Shown: one piece after another, positions 29,501 through 37,162 of the stretch
How the letters are laid out: the number at the start of each line of letters is the position of its first letter
Position numbering within the stretch: position 1 is the first letter of the stretch
Assembly: GCA_963663275.1 (NCBI GenBank)
Contig: OY760183.1
Location: 3,168,001 to 3,232,000 of the forward strand
Length of the DNA stretch: 64,000 nt
Direction of reading: 5' to 3'
Origin: Chloroflexota bacterium
GTDB lineage: Bacteria > Chloroflexota > UBA11872 > VXOZ01
Position numbers and translations under genes: made by a program
Notes under the pieces: model-generated
Databases searched by the model: none
The model's input: the letters and a program-made list of their open reading frames with translations, nothing else
Told to the model about the DNA's origin: nothing

Positions 29501-31091
29501 CGTTCCTGCCGGAGAGCGGCAGCACGCGCGCCGGACGAGATTCTGCCGCTGTAGGCGGCCCGTCTGCCATTGGCAGGGAAAGCCGCGCGGGAACGGCGCG
29601 CGGCGGCCCAGCCGGGGGCGTCAAGGCGGCGCCGTTCTCCGAAATGGTCGCGGCAACCTCAGGGCAACCCTCCACGATGACGTGCACGTTGGTTCCCGAC
29701 CAACCGTATGAACTGACGCCGGCCCGCGGCGGCCGGTCGGCGTTTACCGGCCACGCCGTCCGTTCTGACGTAATCTTCACCGGCAGACGCTCCCAATCCA
29801 GGCGCGGATTGGGGTCGTTGAAATGCAGGTGCCGGGGAATCGACCTGTGATGCATTGACAAGATCGCCTTCATAAACCCGGCCACCCCGGCCGCCGACTC
29901 CATGTGACCGACGTTGGTCTTGACAGAGCCGACCAGCAGCGGGCGGTCGGGCGTTCTGCCCTTGCCGTAGATTGCGGCGGCGGCGTTCAGCTCGATGGGG
30001 TCGCCCACTTCCGTGCCCGTGCCGTGGGCCTCTACGTAGTCAACCTCGTGGGGCGCGACGCGGGCCTGCCGGAGGGCATCCACGATGACGCGCTCCTGCG
30101 CGGGGCCGCTGGGGACGGTGAAGCCGGCGCTTGTGCCGTCCTGGTTGACGGCCGAGCCGAGCATGATACCCCAAATGCGGTCGCCGTCGGCCCGGGCGTC
30201 GCGGAGCCGCTTGAGCACGACCATGCCGCAGCCCTCGCCGCGCACGAAACCGTTGGCGGAGGCGTCGAAGGCTTTGCACTGGCCGTCCGGCGATAACATG
30301 CCGGCCTGGGCGCGCAACTGCGTGAGCCGTCCAAGAAAGATGGCCTGCACGCCGCCGACGACGATCATGTCGGCCTCGTCCTGCCGCAGGCTGGCTGCGG
30401 CCTGGTGCAAGGCGAGCAGCGAGGATGAACAGGCCGTGTCCACGGCCATGGCCGGCCCCTCTAACCCCAAGGCGAAGGCGACCCGGCCGGCGGCGGTGTT
30501 GAGCGACGTGCCGGCGACGGCATAGAGACTGGCGGCGGGCTCGGTCTGCTGGGCGGCGGCCATGCTGATGCCCCGGTAGTCCATGTTGCTGATGCCAAGG
30601 AAAACGCCGGTGCGGCTGCCCTTGAGTTGGGCGGGATCCACCAGCGCGTCCTCGAGCGCCTGCCAGCAGGTCTCCAGCACCATGCGCTGCTGGGGATCCA
30701 GCAGTTGCGCCTCCACCGGGGAAATGCGGAAGAACTCGGCGTCGAAGAGGTCGATGTCGTCCACCAGGGCGGCATAGCGGCAGGCCGGAATCTCATTGGC
30801 GGCCTTGGGATAGAACTGGCCGATGCGCCCCACGCCGGAACCAGGCACGCCCTCGGTGACGGCGTTGCGGCCCTCCGCCAGCAGCCGCCAGAATGACGCC
30901 AGATCCGGCGCGCCGGGAAACTTGCACGCCATGCCGATCACGGCGATCGGCTCCACGTCTCCGGCCAAGCCCGCGCCCGCGGCGGAGCCGACTTCCGCAG
31001 CCCCCCGCTCACCGTCAGGCGTGGCGCGCAACCGATCCCGCTCCAATTGCTTCAGCGTGTCGCGCTCCCGCGCGGTCGGTTCGTCGCTCAC
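20571..31091 (-). CDS. Type I PKS, SupA-like: KS-AT-DH-cMT-ER-KR-ACP-KS-AT(inactive)
   Basis: KS DTACSSS/HGTGT/GHME; AT GHSLG; DH HHQVFGRVVMP; MT EVGAGTG; ER HTASGGVG; KR GGMGGIG; ACP DLGMDSL; KS2 DMACAS; AT2 GHGAG; GTG start 31091 after GAGGAG. Confidence 0.93.
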   Translation of the reverse strand: MSDEPTARERDTLKQLERDRLRATPDGERGAAEVGSAAGAGLAGDVEPIAVIGMACKFPGAPDLASFWRLLAEGRNAVTEGVPGSGVGRIGQFYPKAANEIPACRYAALVDDIDLFDAEFFRISPVEAQLLDPQQRMVLETCWQALEDALVDPAQLKGSRTGVFLGISNMDYRGISMAAAQQTEPAASLYAVAGTSLNTAAGRVAFALGLEGPAMAVDTACSSSLLALHQAAASLRQDEADMIVVGGVQAIFLGRLTQLRAQAGMLSPDGQCKAFDASANGFVRGEGCGMVVLKRLRDARADGDRIWGIMLGSAVNQDGTSAGFTVPSGPAQERVIVDALRQARVAPHEVDYVEAHGTGTEVGDPIELNAAAAIYGKGRTPDRPLLVGSVKTNVGHMESAAGVAGFMKAILSMHHRSIPRHLHFNDPNPRLDWERLPVKITSERTAWPVNADRPPRAGVSSYGWSGTNVHVIVEGCPEVAATISENGAALTPPAGPPRAVPARLSLPMADGPPTAAESRPARVLPLSGRNGGALRDAADAYLYWLDDRNGADAAEGAEGDANLAANDALADAAWSASVARRHFQRRGAAVFRDAGGLRDELRRIADTADDAPATAASKVAFAYTGQGNQWVGMGVLLYRTEPVFRAVLDRCDRLLREERGESLLDVMFGRSGAAGDLDEPRWTQPAIYALECALTALWESVGIRPDVVVGHSLGEIAAAQAAGVLSLEDGLRFAAARGSILGDLPMDGAMAAIFAPAPRVAAAIAQWNENQPGAELCIGVDNGTHQVVSGPRAAVHGLADEMEAAGVSVRRLRPSPAYHSAMVEPGLDDMVAALADMPVSDPAVPLISNVTGREVEVRMDGAYWRRHARQRVAFRDCIESLARLGVDAVIELGPHAILGPLVSMNWPENAGAAASPAVLQSLLRPAYDGSEPERADAFMRAVGDAYQAGLPVDWSGLYAGEERQRVSVPGYPFQRRRYWVAAGRRRASGNGDFEEEAHPLLGAKRESPRGEVAYETEMFPSDPPWLDHHQVFGRVVMPGAVYGAMAATALLAEGADAAVVEELQLHSPLVYPEQSAEHGEPDENPEPGRRLQLVVDAPENGAARAFEIFSKGDDGEEWTLHAEGRLSDGLGGPSNGERMDLAALRARLDAVDLNGYYRDKTASGIDFGPSFRTLEALWGDEGEAVGEVALQDGEEADGSSLHPLLLDGCFQVMSAARNLAGIGGDATYLPFGWERLRLSGPLPERIVCRARVRESAQGQEEGEAAALTPETLTGDVWLYTPDGAPVGELTGFALKRATRASLLTSAEGVGELLYEHVWRERPLAGGLRSAAALNGPSAVAADAGTYADYLSQEGVNTGERAALLRDLERLARSYALAALHRLGWQREAGTAIDPEALRERLDVLPEHGKLLERMLRLLADAGELSHTANGGYRVELSAAEPLPDEVLGDAEAFADRIAEVHPHGAVELGLLRRSGGALAEVLRGEVDPLSILFPREGPGAQDYYFAAPASRASNRILADAVAATVAGWPGDRPLRIVEVGAGTGAGTTSVLPELPAGGYDYVFTDISAGFFAEAERRFSEVDAPIEYRPLNIERDPAEQGFDRHAYDLVIAVNVLHATRSLEETLTNCQRLLAPSGKLIAMENLRGRGWQDMTFGQLDGWWRYADDYRPHHALASPEVWRRALADVGFEDTAVLGGESPGADGPLGSGVILGQGPAEIVQDRGAWVVASDHAVAAEMLAARLAAQNQTVAVAGTAHSGGMSASDGPGVFPVQVDAEDRESWRRLLENLPGDAPLQGVVHCAALEGHGTEATTAQLAADASRTGASALALAQALQDTGLRPEKGLWILTRGAQALERDYMLESVDQLAGAALWGFGKALAREVGYLQPRMIDLEPDAPPDAGALVDEIMFPDAETHVAYRSGKRLAARLVKRGEGRSRVELPQEPDWRLAPTAGEGLEGLRAEPAAPQPLGSGDVRVAVEAAGLNFADVLISLGAVENVPVLGAEFCGRVTEVAPDVTEFRVGERVVGLGIGTFRPEVVTRAEMVARVDTAAPAAALATIPEAFVSAELSFQFTGLNAGERVLIHTASGGVGLAAIQLVRAAGAEVFATASKAKHAYLRSQGVTHVFDSRSTDFADEILQATGGAGVDVVLNTLTGPGYIEAGLACLAEGGRFVELGRRDIWTPEEMAAARPDVAYAVLALDVLKREDPATPGASLRRVMARVNDGESLAPLPFTRWPMAEVAAAMDFMRSTRHVGKIVIVMPPLAHGRLRADRAYLVTGGMGGIGTQVAGWLAERGAGVIVLNGRRPPDPPAAAAIDALRRQGADVRVELADAADPAALDAMLERLRASAPPLAGIVHSVGVLSDGSLGNQTWERYEQVLWPKVLGAWHLHQATRRQDLDLFVLFSSVTGVLGNAGQGNHAAANAFLDQLAGYRRSLGLPGQAIAWGAWSGLGEAEEQRARIERQLAASGTDWISPQQGLEAFDELVRQDQTSGMAAAVDWPMFIENFEEKPPYLEELVTEDAAADGDADTPQEDLPTRLRQAPAGEWEPLLVSLLQAETQAVLRLPTPPATTIGFFDLGMDSLMAVELRNRLNRALADEYVVSNTAVFDYPNVEALAVHLAAELSEVLSADAPAAVAEASAEPAAPQPQRERGAEDDAIAIVGMACRFPGAPDLASFWELLANGTDAISDGRQGGSDWSGTVGDPEAPDVATRRGAFVADIDLFDSRFFRIAPIEARMMDPQQRMLLETTWQALEDAGIDPESLRGSRAGVYAGVSSSEYREVAAARNAAHNYLGTTGSVAVGRVAFALGLAGPAMPLDMACASALAAVHQGVVGLQRGEVDLALAGGVNVVLSPGLSRFMMEFELLSPTGQCRPFDAAANGYVRGEGCGIVALKRLSQAEADGDRIYAVIRGSAVNQSGASAGLTVPNGPSQERVMAEALAQAGVLPSQVDYLEAHATGSPMGDPIELHAAASVYGQDRDTERPLLVGTVKSNIGHTEWAAGSAALIKTVLAMNQGVIPKHLHFENPNPNVDWEELPLRVTADETAWPDTSGRQPLAGVNAFGISGANAHVLVEGYGSPANAPTAANGAVLPAGSPQAVPVPLAEQDDGAPALEAAEGVERAARLLPLSGKSAGALRDLAERYLAWLDQLSANGGEDRPALNEALADAAWTAGVGRSHFSHRAGLVFGDAAQLRQRLRALAAADEVLDEDDPPAATKVAFLYAGPGDEWAGMAAALYRGEPVARDALDRCDAVLREARDVSLLNVFLGEPGDERDADDPALAGMAAYALGCALTAQWASVGIRPNAVVGHGAGALAAAQAAGVFTLEDGARLAMAASETATASETATGSEAADSVNSLAAPAVPLVSSATGRVVAPEDALDGGYWLRQDWQRANDGGAGDFSGCAETLARLGVDAVLEIGSDAMLGRRIGGAWPQAAPAPTVLAAPAQTADGGEAPPAHEAFTQAVAAAYAAGLNVSFGGLFAGETRRRVALPTYPFQRRRHWV

Positions 31092-31488
31092 GGCAGTCTC
31101 CTCTGTCGAATTCTGATATGCATGCGGCTGGGAGTGGTCTTCTTCAGATTGCGCGCGCCCTTTGCGCGCGCCCTCGGCCCGCTTCACGCGCGGCCTGGAA
31201 TGAAGGTGCCGGCCCGGCGCTACCCCGTGTGTCATCTGGGCCGGGCGGCGCTCTTGGATCGGGTGCTCCGGCCCGTCTGCCACGCCGCCCCGCTCGCTGG
31301 GACAGATTGCTCCCTGGAACGAGAGACCCCGCTGCTCGGCACGGCGCCGGCGCTCTTCCACGCCCCGATCGAAGCGGACGGCTATATGTCAATTATCACG
31401 CGGCGCATGACTTTTGGCAACAGATCTCCCTTGGTCTTGAACGGGGTGTGGTTGTAGGGTTGAATCAGGGTTCGACGCCGTAGGGGGC

Positions 31489-31722
31489 TTGGGAGAGATC
31501 TCGGTGGTCGACGGCGTCCTGTACGCCAACTCCCTGGACGGGTACCTGCATACGCTGGATGCCAGAACAGGAAAACCCATCCGGAGCGTCACGATCGGCT
31601 ACCACCTCGGCGGACCGGAAGAGCCCTACGTTGTCTCGGGAGGGGTGGTATACGTGGGTTATATGACAAATGAGGGGTCCAGCGGGGTGTATGCCTTCAA
31701 GGCCCCCAGCGGCGGGGAGTGA
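31489..31722 (+). pseudogene. C-terminal fragment of PQQ-like beta-propeller protein
   Basis: VVDGVLYANSLDGYLHTLDARTGK...VSGGVVYVG...GVYAF; too short for a full propeller. Confidence 0.65.
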
Positions 31723-32172
31723 TCCAGCGTATCCAACGGTGAGAGCAGGACGAGGGAAGACATCCATTCATCCTGCCAGCCCTCTGGACGCTGGAATCTC
31801 TTCTGCGCGCCCGCTCCTGCAGCGGCGTCAGCACAGTTGAAGCCCCCGTACTAAGTACGCGGCGAGGGCCAGTGGCGGCTGGCGCTGGCCGATGGGAACG
31901 ACATATTCATCGTCATTCCTTTCCTGCCGCGCCACCTGGGCGCTCCCGTCGCCGCCCTCAAGACTCTCGACGGCCAGGAAATCGGCAATGAGATAGCGGC
32001 GGCCACTGAAGAGGGCCTCTGGGCCACCTTCGTCCATCCCTCCCCCGGCGCGTCGGAGATCGTGTACGGCCACACGTGGAGCATCCGCTACGACGGGCTG
32101 CTCTTCTACTCCTCCTACTACGACGACCGCCCCGAAGTCCCCCACCCGCCGGACTGACGGTGAATCGCATTC

Positions 32173-32255
32173 CCCTGCCGGCGGCCACGCTGTGCCACGG
32201 CAGGAGAGATCGAGAAAGGTCGCGACGAAGATTTGGTGGGCTGGGGAGGACTGAA
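32173..32255. repeat. Diverged direct repeat of tRNA-Val 3' end plus its 3' flank (att-like site)
   Basis: ccctgccg..cacgctgtgcca.ggcaggagaga.cgaga...gatttggtgggc..g.gaggact matches 35395-35478. Confidence 0.75.
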
Positions 32256-32534
32256 TTGCGAACTTTTCGCTGGGAGATACTGATATAAGGAGGTGGGTCT
32301 GGTGTAAGTCCAACGCCCCTTCCGATGCCTCCCCCGACCGCGGCGTTACGACGAGCGCACTGCCCAGGCGTTGGTCGTGCTGCCCGCCGTCGCGCACACG
32401 CGGCGCCTGAGGAGCGAGAGGCCGATGGTGTGGGTCACTGCTACGTCAGCCCCCGTATCTCACAGCGTCGTGAAGGCGTTCGCCGTGGCCAGCAGGTCGA
32501 CCCAGCCCTGGCCCGCGCTCGTACCACGCCGGCC

Positions 32535-34751
32535 CTACTTTGGCGCGGCCGTTATTGAGAACTTCGTGACGCGGGTGTTGGCATCGGGAGTCCAAGAGGA
32601 GCCGCTATTGGTGGAGGCGGTGTACGTGTTGCCGATTGTCCACCCGACGGAGCCGGTTTCGTCGTTCGAGGCGGTAGCCGCCCAAGTGAAGCTGTAGCCG
32701 CTGGTGGCGCTCAGCACCAGGAAGTAGCTCGTGCCGGCGGAGAGGTCGCAGGCGGCGCCGGAGCAACTGAAGGTGTAGGCGCCGTTCGCGTCCCCCGTGT
32801 TGGTCAGCGTGACCAGGCTGCTGTTGGGGTTGGCGTTGCCGCTGCCCTTGGAGAAGATGCGCAGGGTAACGTTGCTGCTCCCGCTGCCCGGGCTGATTGG
32901 GACGGTTACTTCGGACACGGTGTAGCCGTTGGTGTTGCTGCCGGTGGTGAACTCGTTGGCAATCCACGCGCCGCCGGACGTGCTGGGCGAACCCTGCGTC
33001 GAGGTTTCCGACAGGTTGCTGACCCCTACTGGCGTCGTGAAGCTGACGGTTTGGAGCGCCGTCGTCGCGCAGGCGGAGTCGCTGTACGCCTTGTAGGTGT
33101 AGTCCGCGCCTCCCGTCAGGCTGCTGAGCGCGTGGGAGTAGTCAGACTCGCCTGCCGTGCACGTTCCGATGGTCGGCGCAGTCTCCTTCAGCCACCAGTC
33201 CCCAACGTGCCCCGCCAACGTCAGTGTGGCCGTCGTGGGGGTGATGCTGGACGCGGAGAACGAATAGAGGTCGAACGTCGTCGCCGCCACGTGGTAGTTG
33301 CAGCCGCCGTCCGAGTAGGCTGCGACGGCGTGGGTTCCGTCCTGGTAGCCCGCGATGCCGCTGACGGTGTTTCCGGACACAGCAGTGCAGGTTCCCCACC
33401 AGTTGATGCGGAACCACCAGTTGCTCGGCCCGCCGATGAGCGTGAGGGCGACCGAGCGGTCGGTGTTCACCGTAGCCGTCAGGGTTGCGGTGGGAATGGT
33501 GAATGGCGACGACGCAATCTTGGTATGGCAGCCGCTGTCGGAATAGGCGGCGACGGAGTGGGTTCCCGGCTGGTAGCCCCGGATGTTGCTGACGGTGGTT
33601 CCCGTCGCCGCCGTGCAGGCGCCCCAGTAGTTGATGCGGAACCACCAGTTGCTCGGCCCGTTGGACAAGTTGAGGTTAACCGAGCGGTCGTCGTTGACCG
33701 TGGTTGCCAGGGTTGCCGTGGGCGGCGGGTCGGGAATGACGAAATACGCATCTGTGAGGAAGTCCGTGCAACCGGCAGTGGCGAAAGCGCTGGCCTCGTG
33801 GTATCCCGGCGCGTAGCCTTGGATGCCGCTGACGGTGGTCCCGGTTACCGCCGTGCAGGAGCCGATGCCGATGCGGAAATACCAGGGGGACGGCCCGTTG
33901 GACAGGGTGAGGTCAACCGAGCGGTCGGTGTTCACCGTAGCCGTCAGGGTTGCGGTGGGAATGGTGAACGACGACGACGCAATCTTGGTATGGCAGCCGC
34001 TGTCGGAATAGGCGGCGACGGAGTGGGTTCCGGCCTTGTAGCCCCGGATGTTGCTGACGGTGTTTCCGGACGCAGCCGTGCAGGTTCCCCAGTAGTTGAT
34101 GCGGAACCACCAGTTGCTCGGCCCGTTGGACAGGGTGAGGTCAACCGAATGGTCGCTGTTCACCGTAGCCGCCAGGGTTGTGGTGGGAATGATGAAATAC
34201 GCATCTGTGAGGAAGTCCGTGCCCGCGCAGCCGGCAGTGGCGAAAGCGGTGACCTCGTGGTATCCCGGCGCGTAGCCCTGGATGCCGCTGATGGTGGTCC
34301 CGGTTACCGCCGTGCATGTGCCGATGCCGATGCGGAAGTACCAGGGGGACGGCCCGTTGGACAGGGTGAGGTCAACCGAGCGGTCGCTGTTCACCGTCGC
34401 CGTCAGGCTTGCGGCAGAAATGGTGAACGTCGTCGCTGCTATCTGGTCGGCGCAGTTGCTATCGGAATAGGCCCAGACGGAGTGTGTCCCCAGATTGTAG
34501 CCCTGGATGCCGGTGATGCTGTTGCCGGTCACCGCCGTGCAGGTGCCCCAGGAGTTGATACGGAACCACCAGTTGCCCGTATGGTTGGAGATGGCGAGGT
34601 CAACCGACTTGTCGCCGTGCACCGTCGCCGCAAGGCTGGCAGACTGCGCTGACATTGGGGATGGGTAAGAACCGGCGACGGCCAGCAGAGCCAGCAGCAG
34701 GGCGGCCAGCCTGACCCAACGGGTTGCGGAAAATGCGCTTTGCAGTTTCAT
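32535..34751 (-). CDS. Secreted repeat protein: signal peptide + six ~76-aa Cys/Trp Fn3-like repeats + one Fn3-like domain + C-terminal 'FTTGSN..GY' domain
   Basis: MKLQSAF...LAALLLALLAVAG signal; repeats TVN.DRSVDLTLSNGPS.W.FRI...CTA...C; ATG overlaps upstream stop (ATGA). Confidence 0.85.
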   Translation of the reverse strand: MKLQSAFSATRWVRLAALLLALLAVAGSYPSPMSAQSASLAATVHGDKSVDLAISNHTGNWWFRINSWGTCTAVTGNSITGIQGYNLGTHSVWAYSDSNCADQIAATTFTISAASLTATVNSDRSVDLTLSNGPSPWYFRIGIGTCTAVTGTTISGIQGYAPGYHEVTAFATAGCAGTDFLTDAYFIIPTTTLAATVNSDHSVDLTLSNGPSNWWFRINYWGTCTAASGNTVSNIRGYKAGTHSVAAYSDSGCHTKIASSSFTIPTATLTATVNTDRSVDLTLSNGPSPWYFRIGIGSCTAVTGTTVSGIQGYAPGYHEASAFATAGCTDFLTDAYFVIPDPPPTATLATTVNDDRSVNLNLSNGPSNWWFRINYWGACTAATGTTVSNIRGYQPGTHSVAAYSDSGCHTKIASSPFTIPTATLTATVNTDRSVALTLIGGPSNWWFRINWWGTCTAVSGNTVSGIAGYQDGTHAVAAYSDGGCNYHVAATTFDLYSFSASSITPTTATLTLAGHVGDWWLKETAPTIGTCTAGESDYSHALSSLTGGADYTYKAYSDSACATTALQTVSFTTPVGVSNLSETSTQGSPSTSGGAWIANEFTTGSNTNGYTVSEVTVPISPGSGSSNVTLRIFSKGSGNANPNSSLVTLTNTGDANGAYTFSCSGAACDLSAGTSYFLVLSATSGYSFTWAATASNDETGSVGWTIGNTYTASTNSGSSWTPDANTRVTKFSITAAPK

Positions 34752-35125
34752 GTCAGCCTCTCTTTCAGCCGGAACTGGGTCGCCGCGCTGGGCGGGGCAG
34801 CCGTGAACACGCCGACAATGTAACTCTTGGCGTTGTCCACGTCGAACGTGATGCTGGTGGCGCCGTGGTCGAGCGCGGCGAGTTCCCAACTCGCGCCGCC
34901 GGTCGAACTGTAGGTTACGTGGTACGTGGTCGCGCCGGAGACGGCGGGCCACGAGGCGGACAGCGTGCCGTCGGCGCGTGTCACCGACACCGAGGTGGGG
35001 GCGCCGGGCGGCGACTGCGCCAGCGCAGTAGACGGCAGCAGCGCCAGCGCGACGAGCGCCAGCGCCACGAACGCGGCGAGCCGCCACGCCGATGAAGGTC
35101 GTGAAAACACACGTCGCATTCCCAT
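34748..35125 (-). CDS. Small secreted Fn3-domain protein (probably truncated)
   Basis: Signal peptide then PPGAPTSVSVTRADGTLSASWPAVSGATTYHVTYSS..G.SW. Confidence 0.7.
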   Translation of the reverse strand: MGMRRVFSRPSSAWRLAAFVALALVALALLPSTALAQSPPGAPTSVSVTRADGTLSASWPAVSGATTYHVTYSSTGGASWELAALDHGATSITFDVDNAKSYIVGVFTAAPPSAATQFRLKERLT

Positions 35126-35282
35126 GTCATGCCTTTCAAGTAGTCACGTCAACGTGAATATACCGTGATGACTTGTCGCCCCTCTCATTGTGGGGGGAGG
35201 GCTCGACCTGGCTCCATCCTCGACACGGGGTTGAGCATGAATCGCTATGTAAGTAATGTGCCCATCAAGCACTATACACTAC

Positions 35283-35313
35283 TAGAGGACTATATACTTG
35301 TAGAGGACTATAT
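35283..35313. repeat. Direct repeat TAGAGGACTATAT x2, 18-bp period (candidate operator)
   Basis: 35283-35295 and 35301-35313, weaker third copy near 35265. Confidence 0.55.
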
Positions 35314-35455
35314 GCTATCAGAATACGTTACCCTATTGTCAACCAAATTGCCGGCTGATTAGGGTTTAGACGCAGGAATGTGGAAGGCAAGGCACCCTGC
35401 CGGGCACACGCTGTGCCATGGCAGGAGAGAGCGAGAGGGGGACGTGGCTGCGATT

Positions 35456-35532
35456 TGGTGGGCAAGAGAGGACTCGAACCTCCGGCCTCCACGATGTCAA
35501 CGTGGCGCTCTAACCGGCTGAGCTACTTGCCC
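35456..35532 (-). tRNA. tRNA-Val(GAC)
   Basis: GGGCAAGTAGCTCAGCCGGTTAGAGCGCCACGTTGACATCGTGGAGGCCGGAGGTTCGAGTCCTCTCTTGCCCACCA folds into a full cloverleaf with encoded CCA. Confidence 0.97.
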
Positions 35533-35542
35533 TTCCTCTATT

Positions 35543-35575
35543 GCGGAGTATAGCATGGGAATCACCCTTGGGCAA
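35543..35575 (-). promoter_or_regulatory. tRNA-Val promoter (copy A)
   Basis: Minus strand TTGCCC-N17-TATACT, extended TG, GC-rich discriminator. Confidence 0.75.
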
Positions 35576-35630
35576 TCGTTTCGAGCCGGCGCGCCGCCGC
35601 GCCGGCGGCACCGAACCTGGAATTGCGCGC

Positions 35631-37082
35631 GTGACAATTTCCATTCAAGACATCGACCTCAACGTCCTCAACATGCGGACGCGGATGCCCTTCCGCTACG
35701 GCATCGCCTCGCTGGAGTCCGTGCCGCACCTCTTCCTGCGCGTGACCGCGGACGTGGACGGCGCGGCCGCCGCGGGCGTCGCCGCCGAGGGCCTGCCGCC
35801 CAAGTGGTTTACGAAAGACCCCGACACCACGTTCGCGGAAGACCTGGACGAAATGCTGGACGTCATCCGCCAGGCCGTCCGCTTTGCCCTGGGTGCGCCC
35901 GCGGCGGCAAGCCCCTTCGACCTGTGGCGCGAACTCTTCCTGCGCCAGGCGGATTGGGCGGCCGATACACGCTACCCGCCCCTGCTCTGGGGCTTTGGCG
36001 TGAGCATGGTGGAACGGGCGGTGATCGACGCCTTCTGCCGCGCCGCCGGCACGACGTTCGGGCACGCATTGCGGGAAAACACCCTCGGCGTGCGCCTGGA
36101 AGCCGTCCACCCGGAACTCGCCGGTTACGCGCCGGCCGACCTGCTGCCGGAGCGCGCCAGCCGCGCGATGATCATCCGGCACACCGTCGGCCTGGCCGAC
36201 CCGCTTACCGACGGCGACGTGCCGCCGGACGAGCGCCTGAGCGACGGCCTGCCCCAATCGCTGGAAGCCAGCGTGCGCTTCTACGGCCTGCGGCGCCTGA
36301 AGATCAAGCTCTCGGGCGACACCGGCGCGGACATCGAGCGGCTGCAACGGATTGCCGGCATCATGGAGACCCACGCGCCGCCCAACTACGCCCATACGCT
36401 GGACGGCAACGAGTTCTATACGGAAGTGGAGCCGTTTCAGCGCTTCTGGGAGACGATTCAGGCCGAACCTTCACTGCGCTCTTTCCTGGCGCGCGCGCTC
36501 TTCGTGGAGCAGCCGCTGCACCGCGACGCGGCGCTGGGCGAGCCGGTGAAGGCGGACCTGCGGCGCTGGCGCGACCGGCCGCCCTTGATTATCGATGAGT
36601 CCGACGGCGAGATGAACAGCCTGGCCGACGCCCTGGCCTGCGGCTACGCCGGCGGCAGCCACAAGAACTGCAAAGGCGTCTTTCGCGGCATCGTGAACGC
36701 CTGCCTGCTCGCCCTCTACCGGCGGCGCGCTCCCGGCCAGGCGTTCATCCTGAGCAGCGAGGACCTGTGCAGCGTGGGGCCGGTGGCAATGATCCAGGAC
36801 CTCACCGTGGCGGCGAATCTTGGCATCGAGCACGCGGAACGCAACGGGCACCACTACTTCGCGGGTTTGAGCATGTACCCGGAAAGCGTCCAGGCGCAGG
36901 TGCTGGCGAACCATAGCACCATCTACCGCCGCCACGAGGATGGCTTTCCGGCGCTGGACGTGCGCCAGGGGCGCGTGGACGTTTCCAGCATCGTGGACGC
37001 CCCTTTCGGCTACGGCTTCGACTTCGATACCACCCAGTTCACGCCGCTGGATGAGTGGACGGTTGATTCGTTAGAGGATTGA
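35631..37082 (+). CDS. Enolase/mandelate racemase superfamily-like protein
   Basis: MRTRMPFRYG N-term; KIK, LDGNE, EQP, DES metal-ligand pattern; ERNGHHY. Confidence 0.7.
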   Translation: MTISIQDIDLNVLNMRTRMPFRYGIASLESVPHLFLRVTADVDGAAAAGVAAEGLPPKWFTKDPDTTFAEDLDEMLDVIRQAVRFALGAPAAASPFDLWRELFLRQADWAADTRYPPLLWGFGVSMVERAVIDAFCRAAGTTFGHALRENTLGVRLEAVHPELAGYAPADLLPERASRAMIIRHTVGLADPLTDGDVPPDERLSDGLPQSLEASVRFYGLRRLKIKLSGDTGADIERLQRIAGIMETHAPPNYAHTLDGNEFYTEVEPFQRFWETIQAEPSLRSFLARALFVEQPLHRDAALGEPVKADLRRWRDRPPLIIDESDGEMNSLADALACGYAGGSHKNCKGVFRGIVNACLLALYRRRAPGQAFILSSEDLCSVGPVAMIQDLTVAANLGIEHAERNGHHYFAGLSMYPESVQAQVLANHSTIYRRHEDGFPALDVRQGRVDVSSIVDAPFGYGFDFDTTQFTPLDEWTVDSLED

Positions 37083-37162
37083 TCTGCCTGGATAAGTGGA
37101 ACGTGGATTCGCTTGCGGACTAATGGCACACCGCTTTCCCACGTTACAACGCTTTCCCAATG

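Noticed and set aside
31092-31361. N-terminal 90-aa extension of the PKS
   Set aside because: Low-complexity Arg-rich translation; good RBS and GTG at 31091.
33290-34650. CRISPR array suggested by regularly spaced DNA repeats
   Set aside because: Repeats are ~230-bp in-frame protein repeats with no unique spacers and no cas genes.
34752-35087. N-terminal extension of the 850-aa repeat-protein ORF, or programmed frameshift fusion with the Fn3 gene
   Set aside because: The downstream gene has its own ATG and signal peptide at 34751 with ATGA coupling; no slippery site seen.
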